Shown here: piece by piece, positions 56,276 through 64,000 of the stretch
Layout: each line of letters starts with the position of its first letter
How positions within the stretch are numbered: the first letter of the stretch is position 1
DNA from: Sminthopsis crassicaudata
Taxonomy: Eukaryota
DNA: 64,000 nucleotides
NCBI RefSeq assembly: GCF_048593235.1
Contig: NC_133622.1
Coordinates: 248,748,055-248,812,054, forward strand
Direction: 5' to 3'
Position numbers and translations under genes: made by a program
The notes under the pieces: generated by a model
Told to the model about the DNA's origin: nothing
Databases searched by the model: none
Seen by the model: only the letters and a program-made list of their open reading frames with translations

Positions 56276-57442
56276 TCAGCTGCCAGCTTCCAGGTCTTCC
56301 ATCTCCACATCCTGGATGACTCCAGCTTTCCTCTTCTTCTGCCGTCTGGGCTGCGCCTCAGTGGTCCTGCCTGGCTTCGGGGGAGCTTCCACTGCAGGAG
56401 GGGGGGAGGAGTTAGTTAGCGGAGTGCCCTCCAGACCCCAATCTTTTTCCTTTCTCTGCTGGAACCCTCCCAAAGCCCCCCCCCCTCACCCTCCATGGCA
56501 GCCTTCTCCTTCTGGGCATGCCTGATCTGCTGCAAAAGTTTCCTCCGCTTCTTCCCAGACAGGGTGATATTGGCTCGGGCACTCGACCTAAAGGAGAGGG
56601 GCAAAGGTCCAGTCTTAGCTCCGAATACCCCAGGGGAAGCGGCTGGGCTTTTCCGGGCATTTACAATTTCCTTGGATGGGCACACTTTAGCGGCCGCTCC
56701 GCAGGGGCTCCCTCCTATCTGCCTCCGTGCCTCCGGACCCTGGCACCGCACCCGGCAGTAACAGCTACTTCATGACTGTTGCTTGAATTCTCACAGAACT
56801 TCCAGATTTCTGGAAGGGGGGGAGGGCAGGATAAGAATGCGACTCTCTAGTCCAAGCAGGATAACGCGGTTGAGTTCATCGGACAGCTCGCTTCTGAGGG
56901 GCGGGGGGGGGGGGGGGGGGGGGGAGTAACAGCAGCATCCGGGCACTTAAGCTGTGGAGACCCCATCAGTGAAGCCCCTTCCAAGACCTGAAACACGCGG
57001 CTCCCTCCGCCCCGCCCTCGCTTTTGGCCCCGCCCCCTTCTGCCTCGGGAGACGGGGCAGAGAGAGGCCGTCGGAGGGGCCCTGGGAAGACTCACGAGCG
57101 CTTCTTGAGATGATGGCGAGTGATAAGCCCCTCGTCCAGCACCGCCCCGACCACCTGGTGCCGCCGCCGCCGCTCCCGTCTCAGCAGCCGGCGCCGCTTG
57201 AACAGCTTCTTTTTCAGCTCCTGGCAAAGGAAGGAACAGGCGGCAGTTAGGGGGGGGGGGGAGTTCGCGCAGCTACCTCCGCGCCCCTCCCCCCCCCCCC
57301 CGGCCGCGTGGATGGCCCTGGTGGGCAGCAGGGCCAGGAGGCCGCCTCGGGCTGGAGGCAGAGGGCAGAGGGTAGGGGCATGGGCGGGGTCCCACGCAGT
57401 CACCGTCCGCGGCCGGTTGATCTTCCCCCCGGGAGCCCCCAT
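56276..57442 (-). CDS. C11orf98: C11orf98 ortholog, small basic protein, 4 exons, 125 aa
   Basis: CDS exons 57442-57404, 57220-57096, 56587-56490, 56391-56276; [24 protein letters not shown]...[18 protein letters not shown]; AATAAA (minus) 55898-55893. Confidence 0.95.
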
Positions 57443-57557
57443 GGTCCAGGCTCAGAGGTTAGCGTCGCGCAGCAGCGGCTGCTTCCGCCGTTCCAAGTGC
57501 CACTCTCCACGCGCCGCGCCCCGCCCCTTCGGGGAAGCCCCTCCCCCAGCAGAGCGG

Positions 57558-57640
57558 CCAATCAGAGGTAAGGGGCGGTGCGACAGCCTGCGTATAAAGC
57601 AGCGCAGGGCGAAAACGCAGTTCCTTTCCCGCCTGAGCCG
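57558..57640 (+). promoter_or_regulatory. CCAAT-GC-TATA promoter with 5'TOP/TCT initiator and ~17-nt first exon of the SNORA57/CSKMT unit (divergent from C11orf98)
   Basis: CCAAT 57558-57562, GGGCGG ~57573, TATAAAG 57593-57599, TC-CTTTCC initiator ~31 nt downstream (C at ~57624), donor CCG/GTAAGT at 57641. Confidence 0.8.
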
Positions 57641-57730
57641 GTAAGTGTCGCCGTCCCGCCTCCTGGGGGGGGGGGGTGCTGCGAGGGCGTCTGACGGAGC
57701 TCCGGGCACTGCCGCGTGCCTGTCCGCGTC

Positions 57731-57882
57731 CTGCCTCCATTTCTTGGCGGGGGCCGGGTGCTCGGTCCCGGCCCCCGTTATGTACGGAGGCAGAGTAAGG
57801 GGACCCTGGTCCCCCCGGCGTCATGTCTTCGGTGCCGGCGGCTCCCCATCCGCCGGTTCTATCCTCACTCGCCGGGACATCG
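57731..57882 (+). ncRNA. SNORA57: Box H/ACA snoRNA, ortholog of SNORA57 (U99)
   Basis: Hairpin 1: CTGCCTCC(57731-38)/GGAGGCAG(57786-93) and GGGGGCCGGG/CCCGGCCCCC. H box AGAGTA 57792-57797. Hairpin 2: CCCGGCG(57814-20)/CGCCGGG(57870-76). ACA 57877-57879 plus 3 nt. Syntenic position matches human SNORA57. 5' end approximate. Confidence 0.88.
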
Positions 57883-57970
57883 CCCTTTTTGCAGGGCGGA
57901 GAAGGGGCCGCGGGATCCGGCCGATTTCCCTCCGCCTTTTTGGTTCTCACCTGTTGTGCTTCTGTTTCAG

Positions 57971-58065
57971 GACCTTGATCGCCGCCGCCAGCGGACATGG
58001 AACGGCCGGACCCTTTCTCTCCCCCTTTTTAACTCGTTCAATAAAGTCCGCTCCCTGAGAAAGTC
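57971..58065 (+). ncRNA. Candidate short terminal exon of a compact snoRNA-host transcript
   Basis: Strong acceptor (TTCTCAC...GTGCTTCTGTTTCAG, AG 57969-70), AATAAA 58040-58045, U/GU-rich downstream element; carries only an 11-codon ORF. Confidence 0.5.
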
Positions 58066-58236
58066 TGCCTCTGACCTTTGTCCTCGTTCTTTCGGCGCAG
58101 GGGGGGGGGAGGGGGAGCGGGAGCCGGGCGTGCGATTGGGCTCCGGTGTTCGTTGGCCGCGGTCTCAGCCCTCCCCTGCACCACCTCGCCGCGCGGGGCG
58201 CCCTTCCACCCGGACTTGACCCTGGAGACCTTCCCG

Positions 58237-59051
58237 ATGGCGCTACTGCACAGGCTTCTCCACGAGGCGACCAGGGCGAAGCACTCCTGGGCCGGTAGGG
58301 ATTTGGGGTGGGGAATGCGGGGGCGAAGGGGGGAGGTGCCCAGCGCACGCCCTTAACCACTGCCCTGTCCCAACCCCGTGCAGGCTCCCTGGCTGGCAGC
58401 TGCCTGTCCGATCGCAGGCTCTGGGACCGGCTCCACGCCCAGGCCTTGCCCGGAAGGCCCCCTACCTTCGACTGGTTTTTTGGCTACGACGAGGTTCAGG
58501 GGCTTCTCTTGCCACTGCTGCAGAGAGGGGCTCCCCAAGGGCCAGCGGCGGCCCCCCTCAGGGTGCTGGACGTGGGCTGTGGGACCTCGGATTTGTGCCC
58601 TGGGCTCTACACCAAATGCCCCCTGCCTCTGCACGTGCTAGGCGTGGACTTTTCTCCAGTGGCTGTGCAGCGCATGAAGCACTTGCTGGAAGGGCACGGA
58701 GACCACCCTGGCCTGCGCCCGGGGCATCCCGATTCCCGGCTGCATTTCCTGCAGGCTGATGCCCGAGACCTGGGCTCGCTCTGTCTTTCCAGGTCCTTCC
58801 AACTGGTGCTGGACAAGGGCACCTGGGATGCGGTGGCCAGAGGAGGCCAGGCTGGGGCGGGGCAGCTGCTGTCTGAGTGTCTGCGGGTGCTGGCCCCACG
58901 GGGCACCCTAGTGCAGTTCTCGGATGAGGACCCCGACGTCCGCGTGCCCTGCCTGGAGCGGGGAGCTGGCAGCAGATCGGTGAAAATACACGAACTGGGG
59001 CCCTTCAAGGGGCTCAGTTATTTTGCTTACTTGGTCCAAGCAGCTCAATAA
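58237..59051 (+). CDS. CSKMT: Citrate synthase lysine methyltransferase (METTL12), 2 coding exons, 241 aa
   Basis: Exons 58237-58294 (MALLHRLLHEATRAKHSWA, presequence-like) and 58384-59051; FDWFFGY, VLDVGCG (motif I), LDKGTWDA, FSDEDPDVR; total 726 nt. Confidence 0.94.
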
Positions 59052-59217
59052 AATCCACCTTCCCCGTTTTATTTGTGTGTCAAGTTTAGGAATGGGGTAG
59101 CCCTTCTGGCTGGGAGTGAGGGTGGGAAGCATGGGGTCTCCCATATATTCTCCTGGGCGGTGCTGTCTCCAGTGGGGGGGGGAGCATGACTCAGGAAACA
59201 AGAGAAGAATCTTACTC

Positions 59218-60042
<825 letters not shown>

Positions 60043-61700
60043 TGTGACGGGTGATGGAGGACTTGCTCCGCTTCAAGATCTCCCCGATTTGCTGTGTCCC
60101 CTCTGTCCCCGGACCCTTTATGCCAGACTCCCACAGAAGGGGGACAGATTTTGCCCCAGTAATCTCCTTTGGGAGCTGGCCCCTTAATCGCATCTGAGGA
60201 AAGGAGGCTGACAAGCAGCAGGGAGATTATGGAACCCCCGAGGGGGGAGGAAAGACTGGAAGAGTTTGGCCCTTGGAGGGGAACAGAAAAAGGTGAAAGC
60301 GATTTTTCCCTGGAACACGTGGCTCAGGATCCTTCTTGTGAGAGCGTTTACCACAAAACTGGGCAGCTCCGAGCTGTTTCCCAGAGCTGGCTGTGGAGGT
60401 CACGGATTCATACTTAAGCCCCCCCAGACCCTTGCACGGATGAGACGTAGCTGTCCGAGACATGCTCAGATGGTCGGATTTGGCCAAATCCCTGTGACTA
60501 AACCAGCTTCCTCACGTACAGACGGTGGCTTTTGGCCCAATATTAGGCAGGTTTCTAGAGCTGGAGGACCCGAAGGACGGGTCCGTTTATTTTGTAGACA
60601 AGCGCCCGGGAGTCACAGGAACGTCACCGAGTGACCCCAGGGCTGCCCGTCCCATCCAGGATAGTTACAATCTCGTTTTACGGCCGAAAAAGCTCATTGG
60701 GCCCAAGCCCCTCATTTGAAATAAGTTACAGGAGGCAGGGGAGGGGGGGAGGGGACAAACGGCCCGTCACCCCTTTTCAGACTCAGTCCGGAGCCCTAGA
60801 GCCTCGAAAACAGCCGCGCGGCCCGGGCCAGCTGGGGGAGAAGCAGGACAACCCAGGCCCAGGGAGAAAGATTTTGCCACCAAATTATTCAGCATCAAAC
60901 CCGGCTGTCACTCTGTCCGCAGCTCACGGGCCTTCCCGTCAGCCTGGGGGGCGGGGGGAGCCCGCCCGCTGCCTCCTCACCCACCACAACTGTCTGTGGC
61001 TCTAGCCCACCACAATCCAGGGCTGTGGCCCTCCTAAGCACCCAGAACTGTTTCATCCGCGCTTACGGTCCTTTTCTCTGTCAAGTCCTGCCCCGTTTGG
61101 TGCTCACTGCACCCTGCACCGGAGGTGGTGCTATTATTATTCCCATTTTAAGAGGAGGAGACAGAGAAGTGAGAATGTGACAGTGACGCTCTCTGGGGGG
61201 GGGGGGGTGCGGACGAGAGAAGCGAGTTAAAGCTTCTGAGAGTACTTCCGGGGCGCCCTAGCGCTTTACAAATATAGTCTCGTTTCTCATCGCCCTAGGG
61301 GTCCCCATAGGGACATCTAGATGACAGGCTGGATTCTCCCGGAGCTGAGGGATTTTTTCAAGCGAAGCTAAGAGCATGCGCACGGCCGGCTCCGCGGGCG
61401 AGCGCAGGTGGGAGGACTCTGGGCTCTCCGCCCCGGGGCGCTATAGCCACGAGCGCTCTTCCTGCCCCAGCTCTGCGCAGTGGGAGGAGGAAGAGAAAAA
61501 CTCTCTAGTCCATTTCACCCCCTCCCGCCCCTCCCCTTTTAAAGTCCTCGCCTTCCGGTCTCGCTCCATCCCGTCTCTATGGCCCCGCATTGGCCTCTCT
61601 AGGCCGGTGTCCCCGCCCGCGGAGGACTTCGTCTCTGTGGCGCGGCCTCTCTAGGCGGCGGAGGGGGCGGGGCTCTGTTCTCCGGTGGGCGGTCGAGGAC

Positions 61701-62161
61701 ATGGGGTCGCTGCACAGGGCGCTGCTGGCGGCGGCGGTGCTGGGCTCGGGCGCGGGCTTGGGGATCTTCCTCTTCGTGCTGGTGACGCCGGGGGAGCAGC
61801 GGACGCGCGAGATGCTCAAGGTGGGTCGCACGCCGCCCGGAGAGCATGGGGGAGGTGCCTCTGTCTGGCCCGAGAGCTGCGGCCGGCCCTGCCTCCCGTA
61901 GCTTCCACTTGTCCTGGGGGCTGGCCAGGAGAGGGGGCGGGGAGGGTTGGGGGAGGCCGCGGGGACCTGGCTCTCGGGCCCTGACCTGTCACCCTCGTGG
62001 GCCCCGTGCAGGAAATCCCGGAGGGGAGCCCCCAGCGGTGGGACGAGGCGACAAAGACCAAAAGGCTGTTGCTGGACACGCTCCGGGAGGCCGTCGAGAC
62101 GCACGAGAACGTGGCCTGGAGGAAGGACTGGAACCGGCCGGAGGGCGGCCGGGGGGCCTGA
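61701..62161 (+). CDS. UQCC3: Ubiquinol-cytochrome c reductase complex assembly factor 3 (C11orf83), 2 coding exons, 89 aa
   Basis: Exons 61701-61820 and 62012-62161; GAGLG...VTPGEQRTREMLK and ENVAWRKDW motifs; AATAAA 62279-62284. Confidence 0.94.
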
Positions 62162-62837
62162 CGCCTGCCCGGGATCCCTCCCCACCCCCCAACGTCGCCG
62201 GGCCGCCTCCCCTGATACCTGAGGGGCCTACCAAGGCCGCCGCCTCCTCGTTCCCCAGTGCGCTATAAACTCTGGCTTAATAAACGGGACTCATGGCTGA
62301 ATGTAATAGCCATTTTATCCTCCCCACTTCCGGCACCTGCCAAGTCTGTGATGGAGATGCCCCTGCCTGGCGCTCAAGGCTCTGATCCCAGCCCGGAAGC
62401 GTTTGTGGCGCGGGCCAAGAGAACATCATCTTCAATATGGGGTTCCCGTTGTATTTGCATGCCGGAAGGGAAAGAAAGAAGGCTCGGGGATGTTCAGGTG
62501 ATGGGACCTGGGCTTCCCTCCAAGCATTGGGGAGCCCGGCCTTGGGTTGTACAGGAGGGTCCTCTCCTGCTGGGGGGTCGGACATGAAGGTGTCCCTGGG
62601 TTTTCTGCCACCCTTGTAGGGCAGAGCTCAAGGGCCAGGCCCAACTGCAGGGTGCTGCCATTTGACCCCTCTCTACAGCCAAGTAAAAACTGCCCCACCC
62701 CCTCATCCACCCTCCCTGCCCTCAGGAAGGAGCCTGACATACATGACTCAGGACGTGTTTATTAGGGAGGGATGTCAGTGCTCTGTCAGAGGTGGGGGGA
62801 GTTTTGAGGGGAAAAAGTGAGGAGGCTGGAGAGCCCT

Positions 62838-64000
62838 TCAGCTGGCACACTTCTTGGCTACGATGAGGACAGCAGAAGGCACAAGTCCTGTAGGAAGAGA
62901 GGAGATTCAGCTCCCTTTCTGCCCGTTCTTAACAGCCCACATTGAAACCTCTTCCCACTTCAGGCAGTCTCCACCCCTCCCCCACCTTGTTAGGCCCATA
63001 CCCAGCTCCTGCAGTGGTCTCTCCATATCAGCTTCAGAAAAGGCCCGCCGGGGGAAGCCACTGAGCAGCTGTACGGGGTCCTGGCCACCCCCGAGTTCCT
63101 CCCCTCGATGTAGCTCCACATAGAGTCTCACTGCCGCCAGCTGTTCTCTGGCCTTGAAGGTCTGTGTCAGGGAGGTGCCATCAGGCAGCCGAACCTGGAA
63201 GGACAGAGAGAGTCTGGTATTGGGGGAAATGTGGCGTAAAGGCTTGTCTGATAACATCGCTCATATAGTGCTTATTAAGTGCTTTACAACTGTCTGTTTT
63301 GATCCTCAAGACCCCAGAAAGGGATTCTATACTAGTCCCATTTTACAGTGAAAAAACTGGGGCAAACAGAAGTTAAGTGACTTGCCCAGCAAAGCTAGTG
63401 AATGCCTTTCCATTCTGCCACAGGGCTGCCTCCACTTGCTTAAGTAAAAATAGAAGAAAAGAACATGAGGCTATCACTGGCAAATTATAACCACGATAGG
63501 AAACTTTTATGAAGCCGCTTTCTTTGGTGGCGCCGATTGCCGTACGTATGCTAAAAAGGCCCATTCACGGTTGTCTGGGAGTTTACAATATAGTAAGAGA
63601 TGTAACAGACTGAACCCAGGGGCCCAGGATGCTAAAATTGTAAACAAGTAGCACGTGTCGTAGGCCCACAAGTCATATTATGGGGGTTGGCGTTCACACA
63701 GAATAAGGGTCAGGCAGCTGAACTCACCAATAAGTTGTTAAAAGTCACGCTGAGAAAGTAAGGATTTCACTTGGGAAGGAAGAATACAGACAGCCAAGGG
63801 GAGGGATCCCTGAATGTGGGACAGCGGGAGCAGCAGCACCTCAACATGGCTTTTGATTTGGAGGAAAGCCCGTAGCCTCCAAGGGACCATCACCCACCCA
63901 TACCTGTATTCGACACTGATCATACTCTCTCTTGGTGGGAGGCTCCTGACTGGGAGAAGAAGGAACGGGGCCTGGCTCTGTTGCAGGGGAGGTCATCTGT
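62838..64000 (-). CDS. UBXN1: UBX domain protein 1, last three coding exons (5' part outside window)
   Basis: Exons >64000-63904 ([14 protein letters not shown]), 63194-63002 (VRLPDG...LLSGFPRR...), 62887-62838 ([15 protein letters not shown]-stop); AATAAA (minus) 62763-62758. Confidence 0.95.
63255..63420 (+). mobile_element. MIR/CORE-SINE remnant in a UBXN1 intron
   Basis: aagtgctttaca...cccattttacagtgaaaaaactggggcaaacagaagttaagtgacttgcccag. Confidence 0.7.

Noticed and set aside
56900-56930. Long poly-G runs here and at many other sites
   Set aside because: Homopolymer lengths are unreliable in assemblies and none disrupts a coding exon I traced.
57883-57900. Acceptor-like CCCTTTTTGCAG right after the snoRNA
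   Set aside because: Only ~12 nt past the snoRNA 3' end, so its branch point would fall inside the snoRNA; possible minor site but not relied on.
58295-58383. CCTTAAC branch motif in the CSKMT intron resembling a U12 branch point
   Set aside because: Donor is GTAGGG, not RTATCC; treated as a U2 intron with a good branch site.
60476-60491. Perfect 16-bp palindrome GGATTTGGCCAAATCC
   Set aside because: About one such palindrome is expected by chance in 64 kb; no supporting context.
62907-63001. Alternative UBXN1 C-terminus by retention of the last intron
   Set aside because: Only a read-through of the donor for ~30 codons; no evidence of use from sequence alone.

Overview
A GC-rich, gene-dense vertebrate window whose gene order matches human 11q12.3: TUT1(-), MTA2(-), EML3(-), ROM1(+), B3GAT3(-), GANAB(-), INTS5(-), C11orf98(-), SNORA57/CSKMT(+), LBHD1(-), UQCC3(+) and the 3' end of UBXN1(-). 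I traced the exons by hand against remembered human proteins; every complete gene gives an intact, phase-consistent reading frame with GT-AG junctions. The absence of Alu/B1, the style of the L1/LTR/CORE-SINE remnants and the protein divergence suggest a marsupial (inference only). There is a 140-N assembly gap at 780-919. Introns of EML3, INTS5, GANAB, ROM1 and B3GAT3 carry GC-rich minisatellites or duplications, which explain most very long ORFs in the supplied track. The most interesting area is 56.3-60.1 kb. A TATA/5'TOP promoter drives a 17-nt exon and an intron holding an H/ACA snoRNA. That intron can close either on a short polyadenylated terminal exon or on a downstream acceptor that yields CSKMT mRNA. 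This unit sits antisense inside a possible long LBHD1 intron, whose downstream exons re-read C11orf98 in a second open frame. CSKMT and a short LBHD1 isoform appear to share a back-to-back polyA cassette. EML3 has a clear U12-type intron. No expression data or database searches were available, so isoform usage is inferred.
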